A DNA stretch of 64,000 nucleotides from Eledone cirrhosa (taxonomy: Eukaryota): positions 19,778,001-19,842,000 of the forward strand of contig OZ024744.1 of the NCBI GenBank assembly GCA_964016885.1, given 5' to 3'. Position numbers and translations under genes: made by a program. Below, one piece after another: positions 44,414-57,799 of this stretch. The first letter of the stretch is position 1, and each line of letters begins with the position of its first letter. The notes beneath the pieces are model-generated. The model had not been told where the DNA came from and did not search any database. It saw nothing but the letters and a program-made list of their open reading frames with translations.

Positions 44414-45535
44414 CACCCTACTTGCCGACTTTGTAATGGGTAACCCTTGCTTGCAAAGGTAGACGTAAGATCTTCTTTTATATCTTTTTATCGCTTTCTC
44501 TATATTTCCTTCTTCCACCCTTCCCTTCCTAGTCCTTCCACCCCAGTCCTCCTTCTTTGTCGTCTTTTTTTTCACTTTCTCGCCCACCCGAGGCAGCCCC
44601 TTGGTCCTTTGTAGCCTCAGTACCCCCACCCCCATCCCCTATTCTATGATAGAATTGGCCAACTCCGCTTTTTATAGCAGATGTGATAGACCACGGATAC
44701 TTGCTTTCTTATCCGATGGCTGCTCCATTTCCGTGCTTTCTACATTTCTTAGTGGTATCTTTGCTTTAATTTCTCGTATATCATTATTTGGGGGGGGGGG
44801 GGGGGGGGGTAGGGGGGGGGGATTCTGAATTAATTTTCCGTATGAAATTTTTCATATACTTCGTACGAGCATTTATGTAGTTTGAACTAGAATCTTTGTA
44901 TCGTAACGGCACCCTTAGAGATAGTATTAGTATTCATTTTCGGGATTCTGAATTATTTCGTATTAGTTTATTTTTTGCACTGAGTGGTTCTGGCCTTGAG
45001 CCTAGGGTAGAAACAATTATTTCGTATTAGTCTCGGGACTCTGAATTATTATTTCGTGGTAGTTTCTTTAGTATTTTGGCCCCCCACTTGTTGATCTGTC
45101 ACCGTAAGATATACTCGGTTGATTACTACTAACTCTTAAAATGGTCTCATTATAATTCCGTCCCACCTAGTAAACGTTTCTATAGTTTAGCAGTACCAGT
45201 TGAGAGACTTGATGACTGTCGTTAGGGAATAGTAACCGGAAATTTTTTTTTTTATTCTTTTAACATTCTCGGTATTCTTCTATATATTTACCCCATATTG
45301 TTTTACTTATTGTTTCGACTCCCCCCCCTCCCTAGTATACTTGCTTGACCTCCTGCCCTGCTGTAGTTGGCACTATCAACGCACGACTGGGTTTCCTCCA
45401 CCCCCTCTCCCTCTTTCTTCTACTGGCAGGTTCAGCTACCCCTTCCTTCCACAAATCGCCATGATAGAATTATGTGTTTCAACAACAAACTTTTGACCAA
45501 TCCTTGTGACAATCACTTTTACCATATATGGAATT

Positions 45536-45631
45536 ACCCCTTGAGAAGCTCGGCTATTCATATACCAGGATAAAAATGTTCATTTAGTCCAGAATTAGTC
45601 ATCGAAACGGCTTGAACTCAGCCGTCGGGGA
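45536..45631 (+). ncRNA. Type I HHR with U3-A8 core variant and full stem III
   Basis: cccc TTGAGAA g.. long stem II ..c GAAA cggct/agccg TC gggg. Confidence 0.6.
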
Positions 45632-45722
45632 CCTACTCGTTCCTATTACCCACTCTACTACCCTAAGTATTGAGTTCTTTGGTGCGTTATGGTCCACTTG
45701 GTTCCTTACCACATTTCCTTCG

Positions 45723-45751
<29 letters not shown>

Positions 45752-45756
<5 letters not shown>

Positions 45757-46252
45757 GAATATAAAATAGAGGTAAACACATATATACACATATATCTGTT
45801 CAAATGGTAAGGGACCAGATTCGCTAGGGTGAAAAAAATACAAACGGAATTGTGACAACTATCAAATACACAACCAGACAGTCTTTGGTAAAACTGTTTC
45901 GCATAAGGTGAAGGGAATTACCAATTCTATTACTCTTCAGTCGATGTCCGAATTAGTAAGCCTTTCACTTCTAGGTGTCTTAGAAGACTAAATGAGGCGC
46001 GTGTTTAGAATAACGCACATGGCATTCAGAGCCTAGCCTGTCTCGTAAAACGTATGCTACTAAAAATAGCAGCCAGCTTCACTCGACATTTAAAGTAGCT
46101 CTACAAATTAAATTTAACGCATATATGTATATATATGTGTGTTTATCTCTATTTTATATTCAATTATATTACACGGCCGGGAAAATTGTTTTTTTCCTTG
46201 AGCTATTTAATTGTAAAAGACTATTTTGTGATTCTAACTCAATATATGCTTT

Positions 46253-46255
<3 letters not shown>
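45752..46255. mobile_element. Family H fold-back pLTR with HHR (minus arm)
   Basis: aattgaatataaaatagag.. inverted at about 46125-46165; minus CTGAAGA (45934-45940)..GAAA cagt/actg TC; related to 57210-57700. Confidence 0.75.
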
Positions 46256-46311
<56 letters not shown>

Positions 46312-46354
46312 GGAATACTGTTGGCTTTTTGCTACAATATTTTCTATACCTTTC

Positions 46355-46477
<123 letters not shown>

Positions 46478-46784
46478 CTATAAAGCTGATGGCCGTATGA
46501 AAGTAACAAACTTTCCGCCAAGCGGCTGGACCAAACGGCACACAATTTGCACCGTAGATGTAACTTTTTCCAATTCAGAAAGTGAGGGTATTTTAGTCTA
46601 CTGAATTCTGTCAAAAGATTAAAGACATTATTTAAATATTCACTTTTTAAAAATGTTCAAATGTCAACATTTCCTGTTATACGACATTCCTAATGTCTTC
46701 AGGAACCAAAGTATCATCTTCTTGTTTTCTTTATGTTGCAACATTTTTCGTAATATTTACTTCTGCGTTCACATATTGATTTTT

Positions 46785-46855
46785 TTACTTTCAGAAGATC
46801 CCGTTAAGTGTGTAAGCAGCGATTCTTTGCTTAAACTTTAATCTGTTATTTTAAT
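46785..46855 (+). repeat. Degenerate HHR fragment of the 53538-57105 family
   Basis: ttcagaagatcccgttaag..gcagcgattctttgcttaaactttaatctgttattttaat. Confidence 0.7.
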
Positions 46856-47734
46856 ATATATATATATATAATTATATATTCGTGTACATATATTTTTGCA
46901 TACACAAAAACAAAACATAAACAACGTATTTATTTCACGAAAGCACAGACGGCTTATCGTCATTGTTACTGCCGATATGCCACCTAAAATGTCCCAGCCT
47001 GGCCGCAAGATCAGATTTTCCAGAAGAAAAAAATATTACTAGAGCAACAGAGAGACTAAGCTTCGCGATTATCATCAACAAACTCAGGGTCAAACCCTAA
47101 AAGTGGCTGGCCTTCATCTGGGAAAACCATGGTCAATTGTATGTAGGATGCTCTAGGGTGAGCTAAGGAAGAGGAGAGGAAGGAGAGAAGGAGAAAAGAA
47201 ACCTACAATGAAAGAACATCTTAAAGCTTACCCAAGCCAAATGTTGTATTTGTTAACATTTCTATCTGCAGGTCCTTAGCTAGCTTACTGGCGCTTTAAT
47301 ATGGTATTCAATTCTCATATCGTTTTTGATTGATATGGTGCATATATCGCAGCTATTCATCAGTTTTAAACATTAGATAACGATTGCTGATGTATATTGT
47401 ACGACAGAATTAGGTGAAAAATATTTTGAATGAACAAATAAAAGAGATATAAAAGAGAGATGATTGTTGGTTGGTTCCTTCGCGTATCACACGAAACAAA
47501 ACGAAAAAATGACAATCGGAAAGTATGTACAGGATTGGTATAAGAGTATATCCAGGAAAGTTTATTGATACTAATTTTGTAACACCAAAGAAGAAGAAAG
47601 ACATACCACGTATGCTAACCAACCTGACTGCTATTTCTAGCAGGCTGAGAATCAACCATAAGGGATTCTCTCTGCGAGTTCGGTGTCAGTGATGATCCTG
47701 TTTCGCAGCCTAGGACTCCGTTTCCAACGGTGGC

Positions 47735-47804
<70 letters not shown>

Positions 47805-47873
47805 ACACACACAAGCACACAGACACACAAACACACACATATATACACAGACACAGACACATATACATATATA

Positions 47874-47905
<32 letters not shown>

Positions 47906-48099
47906 TATATATATACACACACACACACGAACACTCACACACACATATATATATATATATATACACAAACACACACAAACATACATACACACACACTGTA
48001 AACAAGACAATACATTCAATACAGACGTTTTCTCTTCTGTCGGTCTTCTCTTATTATGTGTTATCCTTGGCGAAGCTGGGTACCTCAGTTAGTATGTAT

Positions 48100-48322
48100 A
48101 TAAAATAATTAAGTCAAATATGTATAATTTGATTCGTTTATTACCATTTATAGATATACTGCTATATATGGTGACGGCCATCATTGGATGTGACCTCTTC
48201 AGGCAGTCCGAATTGGTGTGGGAAAGACAGGTACACATGTTGTTGAAGTGTGTTTTACTCCGTCATTCTATCGATATGTCCAGCTCCTGGTAGAGTTGTT
48301 ATTTCTCTGAGGAACTGGAATC
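48100..48322 (-). mobile_element. Diverged family G pLTR copy
   Basis: actgctatatat..gtgacggcca..tggatgtgacctcttcaggcagt similar to 32880-33060; GAAA lost. Confidence 0.65.
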
Positions 48323-48500
48323 ATAAATATATATATATGTATGTATTAGGATTGGTGCTCTGAAACAGCGATGTATATATCAATGTATGTATAGCATATT
48401 TGGAAATATACCGTATGTATATATATATATATATATATCTATATACACATATATATATGTATATATATATATGTGTATATATATGTATATATATATACAT

Positions 48501-48965
<465 letters not shown>

Positions 48966-48967
48966 GC

Positions 48968-49018
48968 AGTTTGCAAACAAACCAAGCATTATAATAAATG
49001 TTCGGTAAACCCATACGT

Positions 49019-49057
<39 letters not shown>

Positions 49058-49180
49058 CATGTATGTATGTATATACATACTACTGTACGTATGTATACAT
49101 ATATGTATGTACGTATATATACTTACATTTAAGTATCAGCCGTACCAAGAGTGAGAAATGAAGTTTCATTTTTCCATACA
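48968..49180 (+). mobile_element. Family F fragment
   Basis: Matches 29790-29990 (cattataataaatgttcggt..cagccgtac.aagagtg.gaaatgaa). Confidence 0.75.
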
Positions 49181-49194
49181 TATATACGTATACA

Positions 49195-51380
49195 TATGTA
49201 ACACTCAAATCTGGAGAACAATTTGTTCTATCCCTACAGGAATCAGAAAGAGAAGTTACACTATTCCCACCGCTATTCCAACCATCCAAGGTACATTACC
49301 AATAATTTAGTAAAAAACATCTTCCTCCACATATCACAAGTGTCTGCAAATGAGCAGATCTTCAATGAATTCGTGCCTTACTACAACCAGACCCTCAAAA
49401 GAAGCGACTTGAAGGAGAAACTTTCCTATCATCCAGGCCCTTCTAGCGGATCCAGTAGGTGCTGTCGCCGCTCAGGCCGCGTGACGTGTTTCAATCCTCC
49501 CCACTGAAGATCCTCTTCAGAATTCTCGATAAACACTTCTCACCCCAACACCGCCACCACAATATCATCAAAAGAAACACAGTCAAACTTTCCTACAGCA
49601 CTACACACAACTTTGCACAAAACATTGCTTCATCTAACAATAAAAAAAACCCTCTTTAACAGAAGAAATAACAACGATATTATCGGTGAACAAACTAGGA
49701 GGTGTCACTGTCTGGATATCTTATCGTTCCCCCTCAACAACAAATGCCGAGAACGTAACGTGGTCTACCAGTGGAACGTGAGGACGGAACATTCCAAGGC
49801 CTACATCGGATTGACCACCTGCGAGTGTAAGACCCGGTATTACCAACAACAACATTCACTTTGAAACCCGGCCCGGGTACACGCGACAGCACTTCCTGGC
49901 TATATTTGGGACCCCAAAGGCAACAATATTACCTATCATCTAACGTGGAGCCTACTTTCCAAGACAACATTTTATTCGGGAGGACGGCGTCCATGCAATT
50001 TATGTTCGGAGGAAACGATCCAGATGCTGTTTGCCAAGGACTAATTATTAGACAAAAAGAATGAACTTGTTACCTCGTGTAAACACAATATATAAGATAT
50101 ATCTTACCTTCAAACCCCCTCATTAAGGGTGGGTAGACCTTGGCTTTAATATCCTTCCCACTTACACACTAATATAAAGGAAGCCCAGAGCACACTTACC
50201 CCTTTCCTAAAGCATCCTTAGGTAGATGTAGAATATTTTCATTATTGTGAACATATACATATTGCCCTTTAGGACCAACCGAATAGATAGCTATGATACA
50301 TGCACAGGCCTATTACACACAGCTTAAGCACGCGGTACCAGTTTAATCGCCACCATTCCTGTACTGCATAAATGACATGCCTGTTATATAGAGTAAATGT
50401 GTAGTATTATATACACATTTATTAGGCCAGTACGTAAGCACCATCAAAAACTTATAGCGATAGTAATGTTAAAGAAAGCTACAAGTTAGCATACAATTCT
50501 ATTACTTCCTTTTGCTAAGGTATTGCGATAGCTTTGATATACCTGATACAAATACAGTTTGAGGCCTTTCTTATCTAAAACAAGATCCATAATAATATAG
50601 ATTCTTAGCTAACTTACGATAGTAAGAGAACCTAAACACCTAGAACTATCTTTAAGATTAATAGTAGATTTATTGGTGTTTGAAATAAGTAAATTAGTGA
50701 ACAAGGCGCTTTTTCCGGGCCTTAGAGCAATTGATAACTAGGACTCTCTACAAGGAGGGGAGATAGTAATGAATTATTAAATGCTTAGCTTTTTAGCAAA
50801 TCGTAAATAAAAAGCAAATTAGCAAACATATAAATATACTACACTAACTCTTTTGGCTTAAATACGCCGAAATTAACATTTCTCTGTTTTTTTTTTCTTT
50901 TTGAACCTAATATAGCTAAGTATAATGTTATTTTTTACAGATTAGAAATATTTGATAAGGTAGAATTCTCTCTTAATTGCGTATGTGCCCTACTGACTAG
51001 CTTAACATCTTCAGGTCAATAGATCTAGTCACCCATTTCCTCCTACTTTTCATTTTTTCTATGCTGCTGGGTGTAATAAAACTAGATAATTCCATACATT
51101 TATCGGGATATAGCAAGACTAAACCACCCATTTGAACAAAGGTGCCCCCCCCCCCCCCTCATCACTGACCATTCCAGAAAAAACAAAAAAATGAATAAAC
51201 AAGCAAAAAACCCCCCAGAAATTTAAAGATTTATTTTGGATAGACTGTCTGCCGATATATGGACTATACCCCTTGAGGAGATCAGCTAGATTCCAGCCGC
51301 TCAAATACTGGCGCTTTAGTTCGGATCGAGCTGTTGAAGCGGCCGAAACTCAGCCGTCGGGGTCCTGAATCTTTTCCTAT
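49195..51380 (+). mobile_element. Degenerate PLE related to family B (thumb/linker/GIY-YIG + 3' UTR with decayed HHR)
   Basis: YSNHPRYITNNLVKN..VTCFNPP, CHC..PLNNKCRERNVVYQ..AYIGLT, CNLC; acccc TTGAGGA..gaag cggc/gccg TC ggggt at 51268-51363. Confidence 0.85.
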
Positions 51381-51467
51381 GTATGTATATATATATATCT
51401 TTATATATATGCGCGCGCGTGTGTGTGTATGTATATATGTTTATATATATATATGTATATATATTTA

Positions 51468-51719
51468 TGTAATAAACAACATAGGGCAATTATTCCCTTT
51501 ACCAGTGGTTTCTTAAAAGCAAAAGATTTTGCTTTCAATCCTCAGAATTAAAAAATCCTGGTCTGTTTATTGAATTTTGATTTTAAAAACAAAAATGCAA
51601 TCTATATGAAAGTGAGGCTGGAGAAGGAAGAAGGAAAGGAAAAGTAAGATAAAACTACACATGCAAAACACACACAAAAACACGCGCACACACACACAAA
51701 AGCATGCATACACACACAC

Positions 51720-51758
<39 letters not shown>

Positions 51759-52345
51759 TATACATATACATACACTCATACATACACACACATATATACA
51801 CACATATATGTGTATATAAATACACACATACACATACATATATACAACCACACACACATATATACACACATACATACACATAGAAACATAATATAAATAC
51901 ATATACATACACACATATAGATACATATATATATATATATATACATATAAATATATATATATGTGTACAAGCATACACATACACACACATAGCCATACAC
52001 ACATACATATACATACATACATACATGCACACAATCATACATATATACACACTTACATACATACACATACATAAATGCACTCCTCTACATATTCACACAC
52101 GCAAATAAATATAAGAAAAATAAATATAAAAATGTTGACAGCGATACAACCGGCGTGTAGCTGGACAGACAGACGTGGTAAGTAATACACACAAATGCAC
52201 GTATACATACGTACGGAATAGTAAATACATACACACACTCTCAGACATAAATATACATATACAAATATATAAACACATACATACACATACACAAATACAT
52301 GCACAATCACGCACAACCAAATACAAACACACCCACACACACACA
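51468..52345 (-). mobile_element. Family I second copy with HHR
   Basis: TTTC 51509-51512, TCCTCAG 51539-51545; body collinear with 40405-41420. Confidence 0.75.
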
Positions 52346-52346
52346 T

Positions 52347-52427
<81 letters not shown>

Positions 52428-52621
52428 CATACACATATACATGTGTGTGTGTGTAAAACTCAGTCTCAGATAATTCATATGAACCTTACATATATATATA
52501 TATATATGTACATATGAATACATATACATATATATATATGTATATACACACACACAAATATATATATATTCACATATACATATATATATATACACACACA
52601 CACACACATATATATATATAA

Positions 52622-53530
52622 TTTTGAACTGCTACATATTCTAAGGCATGACAGGATGCTGCTCAACAGCAAAATAGAAAAATCCATTTTCAGCAGGCAT
52701 AAAATAGCTACTAGAAATTACCAACTTCAAACCACCATGGTTGAACCATCAATCCCAAAATTAATACTGAACCACCTAGATTTTAACGTATAGAAACGAC
52801 ACTATCGCGCCACTATTAGCTATCAAACTGCCAACAAATCACTGGACCATAAATCTCTATATACTTCTTCCAGCTTCTCTCCACCAAACTCATTAAGATA
52901 ATACAACCAGCAAACATTTATCAAAAGCCCTCTCAACTCATAAGTATCATAAATCAATTAATCTCTAATTTATTGCCTCTCCTCTGCCGGACCCTCCACA
53001 CAAACTTATCCATACCTCAAATCTGGTTTCACATGATAGCACCAAAAACATTTTCTCAAAATCTATTAAAATGTAATTCTATATACACTACTGACCACTT
53101 TATTCCTTTATTTTATTATTTTTTTATTTTTTTTATTTCTTTGTATTCTCCATCTCCTCATCTTCTTATTAGTATTATTACTCTTTATTGTACCCTGTCC
53201 GATTTTACAGATTTACATGTTTTACTATTGATGTTTATTGTTTTATTTAAACGCTATTTTATTAGAGATTTTATTATTGATGTTATTGTTTTGGTGTTAC
53301 GCTACTTTTCTATATAAGTCTTGCCTCGAGTAAATTATTTTCATTTCTATGTGCTCTGATGAGTTCAAAGGTTATAAACAATGTATTGGAGATCGATTGA
53401 CACAGCACCAAGTGATTAGCGAACTCTAGACACATCTGATCAACGAAACAATTGTCAATACTTTAAATAAAATCCTTATTGTACAGCCTACCGTGTTACT
53501 CTTCTTTCTTTAAATATTATTACTCCAAGT
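52622..53530 (+). mobile_element. PLE 3' end (last EN codons + 3' UTR with HHR)
   Basis: [27 protein letters not shown] resembles the other EN C-termini; CTGATGA 53356-53362 gtt..aac GAAA 53445-53448 caattg TC. Confidence 0.75.
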
Positions 53531-53537
53531 ATAACCT

Positions 53538-56500
53538 ACATAGGAATTACCGCAAACAGAAGTAATAGAAACAAATAAATACGTACACGCAAACAGATAC
53601 GTACATACACAAGCATACGCAAAACCTTACCATAGGTATACAAAACCACGCACATATAAATATGTGTGTGTGTGTATGCTTGTGTACAAATAAATAAATA
53701 ATTATATAAACGTATATAAGTAAATAAATACGTATATAACAAGCGCACACACACACCTACATATAAATACACGAAGGTTCGGAGACGTAAGTCAACTAAA
53801 ACAAGAAGTACACATATACACACACCCACCATACGTACGAACCTGCATACTCACGCATACGCAAAACTCCCGTATACACATAGCCAAACCCTAAATACCA
53901 GAATATGTAAAAATGATACGCCCTAACGGTCAAATATACGTACAAGAAGGTATACATACCATCACAAAACATACGGGTAATATATACTTACCTATGCAAA
54001 TAAGTAAAGGAATAAACAAAACATATACTTAGCTCCCACATCAAGACGTAAAATATCCACGTATAGATCGTGCTATCCGTTAGGGTATAACGTGGGGCTG
54101 TAATACAGGAAAGTTTTGTGCAATTTATGTTTACAAGCCGAAATTGCCTCAGATTTTTTGTTTAAGATGTGGTCTGTGGCGTAGAGTATTTCCTGGGCCT
54201 CAGCAGCGCAGAGGTCACATGATCTTTTATTTCCGTTATACGATCTAGTCCTAGCTAGGATCTCCCAGTGCAACTTATATTGGGTGTGGTTGTCTTTTAG
54301 ACTCCAGATATAAGCTGAAAGTGACGTCATATTCCTTCTTAGAGGGTAACGAAAAGAATGGGTATGCATGTAAAGACGCTGCTTGAAACTATTAGCGGTT
54401 AACCCTATGTAGGCCCTACGGGACGTGGGTGTTACAACCTTACATTTGTAGACAATGTTACTAGAGAGGCATTTTCCGGATAGGGGGCAATCAGCCCGAT
54501 TCCTACAATTACAGTTAGTACTAACTACAGGGTTGCACGTGTTCCTACGGCTAGGTAGTTTAGCTAAATTTGAAGTTGTGATGTTATGTGCAAGGTTAGG
54601 AGTCATAGATTAAGAAATTTTAATAGTATTTCTATTAAAAATTTTACTATATTTATGTGTAGGGGGAAAATGCTTCGTAATAAGGGAAAGAAAGATCTTA
54701 GCTAATGGTGTGGCCACCTCCATATTATATGGTGGGTTAAACCAACAAATGCGACGGGATCTATTTCTTCTAGGTCTATTTTCGTACTCTGTATATGCTA
54801 CCTTATCGACAAATCCACTTCGAGCAAGAGCTTCATTGTAATAAGTGGAATGGTCGTTGAAAATGCGCTCGTTGGTGGAAAGACGGGAAAGCCTCAACGA
54901 AACGTTTCTTACCAGGTTCTTGGTTATGCTGGCAGGATGGTTGGAATGCTTACTTATGTAATTAAGCGTATCATTCGGCTTTCTATACGGGTAATACAAC
55001 ACATTCAATAAATTGAGGGTAACGTCGAGGTAATTAACGACCGAGAGATTGGCCTCAACCTGTATAGAGAGGTTGAAGCCTTTAAATAAGGCTGTGAGTT
55101 CTTTTCTGAACCTGTCGCAAGCACGTGGTCCGCACTTAGCCATGGTCAAAAGACCATCGTCACGGTACAAACCACCGCCTGCGTTGGGGAATTCGTCCTT
55201 GATAGAGAAAAGAAGGAAAAGGCCAATAAGATCAGTAACATCCGCAGAATCACTGGCGCCCATACTCACGTCGAATGGGGTACTATTGGATTTTTTAATC
55301 CAAATAGAGTCGTCGAAATTAATCACCGACTTTCGGGCATTAAAGATGACATCAACTTCGAAATCCTTAACCACTGTGAGTGTTTTAGCGAAATTGATAG
55401 CTCTAAGGAGAAGTGGTAAAGTGATGGAGGAGTAGTAATTGTTGATGTCGAATTGGATAAAACGGCAATGTTCCTTGTTACATATGCCGTTGAACCAATC
55501 AATCACCGCGAAAGAATTGTTCCACAGTGCAAGAGGGGCCAAACTTCTAATTTCAGGTATAATTCTATGAAGAATCGTTTTACTAAGTCTACCTAAATCG
55601 GACTTCGTAGGGTTAATAAGCCGAATAGAGGGGTTGTTCGGAAAATTGGATTTGTGATCCTTCAGGGTAAAGTGGGGAGAGATAAGGTCCAGAGGTTCGG
55701 TCCGGTCCAGGATGTTGAGATCAGATGTGATTTTAAACCCAGCATCGTTGATTTCATTGATGACGCACCGATTAGTTTTACGGTAATCCTTAGTTACAGC
55801 ATTATGTAGTAGTTGATGGTAAGTACTGCGGTCCACTTGATATAGGTTGCCAGTTTTGTCGGAATGGACGTGCACTGCGTTAGAATCCTTAATAGAACGA
55901 ATTCTATTCTTCAGGTCTTGCTGGAAGGAATTGCTCCTATTCCGAAATTTGATACTCCGAATGAGTTCCAAGACATCATTTTCGAAGGGTAGCAATGCTG
56001 GGTTCCACGGAGGGTTATTATAGGCTTTAAATCCAAATTTATCCTGTTTGTTGTCTGCTTTTCGCGGATTAGCGAAATAAAAGGCACGCCAACGCAACCT
56101 TTTAATGCACGCGTCTGTTTTCTGTATCAGGAGTTTTAGGTATGTTTTCCTGCTTGGTACGGGTAAGTTCTTTGTAGAAATATTAAGATGTTGTTTCTGC
56201 ATGATGAATATAAGTCAGTAGAGTGCTCAACCGAAGGAGCCAAATAGTAATAATAATAAAATTGAAGACTAAAATCCAAATGTTTTAGTTGACTTGCGTC
56301 TCCGAACCTTCGTGTATTTATATGTAGGTGTGTGTGTGTGTGCGATTGTTATATACGTATTTATTTACTTATAGACGTTTATATAATTATTTATTTATTT
56401 GTACACAAGCATACACACACACACATATTTATATGTGCGTGGTTTTGTATACCTATGGTAAGTGTTTTCGCGTATGCTTGTGTATGTACGTATTTGCATG

Positions 56501-57105
56501 CGTGTATGTATTTATTTGTTTCTATTACTTCTGTATTGTATTTATTTACTTTGTTCTTAACTCTGTAGCGGAGATTCATTTGGTCTCCTAGTTAGAATTT
56601 TAGTATACGACTTCTGCTATACCATTTACGTGGTTTTGTCTTTGCGTGCTATTGTTCTCCACGTTCCACATATGACTTATTATCTTCGTTTTTTTCGTTC
56701 ATTGCCAGAGAATGTCTCTATGCACCACCTAAGAGAACATTAGTCTGCGACCTCTTTTATACCATAAACGTGGTTCTGTCTTTGCGCGTAATTGTTTTTC
56801 ACCGCTCCTATTAATGACGTATTATATTCGTTTTTTCCCGTTCTTTGCCAGCGAACCAAAGTATCGTCTTACTGTCTTCTTCCGGTTGCAACGTTTTTTG
56901 AAATATCCAGTTCTGCGTTTACAGATTGACTTCGTTAGTTTCAGAAGATCCCGTTAAGGGTGAAAGCAGCGATTCTTTGCTTAAACTTTAATCTATTATT
57001 TTAATAAATATTTGCTCTACGGTTCTTATATATTTGATATATATTTTCCTTATCGAGCCGTCTTTGGATTTTAGTCTTCAAATTTATTATTATTACTATT
57101 ATTAC
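53538..57105 (-). mobile_element. Near-complete Penelope-like retroelement (Hydra-clade-like) with inverted upstream pLTR
   Basis: Full ORF; 53556-53801 is the reverse complement of 56281-56533; 56245-56280 mirrors the pLTR end at about 57064-57100; variant HHR at 56937-56987. Confidence 0.92.
54073..56202 (-). pseudogene. PLE RT + C-terminal GIY-YIG endonuclease, ~709 codons, single in-frame TAA at 54610-54612
   Basis: ORFs 54610-56202 and 54073-54606 are in frame (KIS*SMTPNL; paralogues read KLSYSTTPN); FDINNYY, SMGASDS, GLYRDDGL, NYLDVTL, CNCRNRADCPL, VYKC..YIGLT, CDLC. Confidence 0.93.
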
Positions 57106-57124
57106 TATATATATATATATATAT

Positions 57125-57209
<85 letters not shown>

Positions 57210-57214
<5 letters not shown>

Positions 57215-57700
57215 GAATATAAAAGAAAGATAAACACGGATATATACATATATATGTTCAAATCGTAAGGGACCATATTCACCTAAGTTCCGATACCATG
57301 AGCGTTATTATATATACCCACACTATTCAGTTTTTTAATATACTTAGAAGTGACCAGGATACTAATTCTTCACCCACTGATGAGCAAGAATCGGTAGTCC
57401 TCTTCACAATTAATTTTGTGAAACAGCATTACCAAAGGCTGTCTGAGTGATTGGTAGTTACCACAATTCCGCTTTGTATTTAGTTTCTTGATTTATTCTT
57501 AAATTGAGTCTGGCACACCCTATTGTCCATAATTAGTATTCTGTTCGCCTTAACGAATCTGGTCCCTTACGATTTGAACACATATATGTATATATATATA
57601 TATGTGTTTGTGTCTCTTTTATATTCTATTATAATATACGGCTCGGAAAAATCTTTCCTAGAGCTATTTTATTGTAAGAGACTATTTTGACTACCTTTGA
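57210..57700 (+). mobile_element. Family H fold-back pLTR with HHR having a full stem III
   Basis: caccca CTGATGA (57377-57383) gcaag..tttgt GAAA (57420-57423) cagc/gctg TC tgagtg; 57210-57275 inverted at 57560-57630; tail hairpin 57641-57666. Confidence 0.8.
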
Positions 57701-57799
57701 TATATATATATAGTTATATACACACGCACAAATTATATATATATATATATCAGGTTTTACCAAAATACTCGATATTTGGAATAGTAGAGTGATACTATA

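Larger units (their letters stand above)
42762..45724 (+). mobile_element. 5'-truncated PLE with ~830-bp inverted pLTR arm (coding member of family B)
   Basis: About 42765-43601 is the reverse complement of about 44823-45640; coding segment lies between them; family B tail; (TA)n on both flanks. Confidence 0.92.

Noticed and set aside
46900-47730. Unique-looking sequence with a possible splice acceptor (tttctatctgcag near 47260-47271)
   Set aside because: No supportable open frame or donor pairing; a host exon cannot be called without transcript data.
54610-54612. In-frame stop as possible selenocysteine recoding (as in some Naiad PLEs)
   Set aside because: The codon is TAA, not TGA, and it replaces a Tyr conserved in paralogues; a simple nonsense mutation or sequencing error is more likely.
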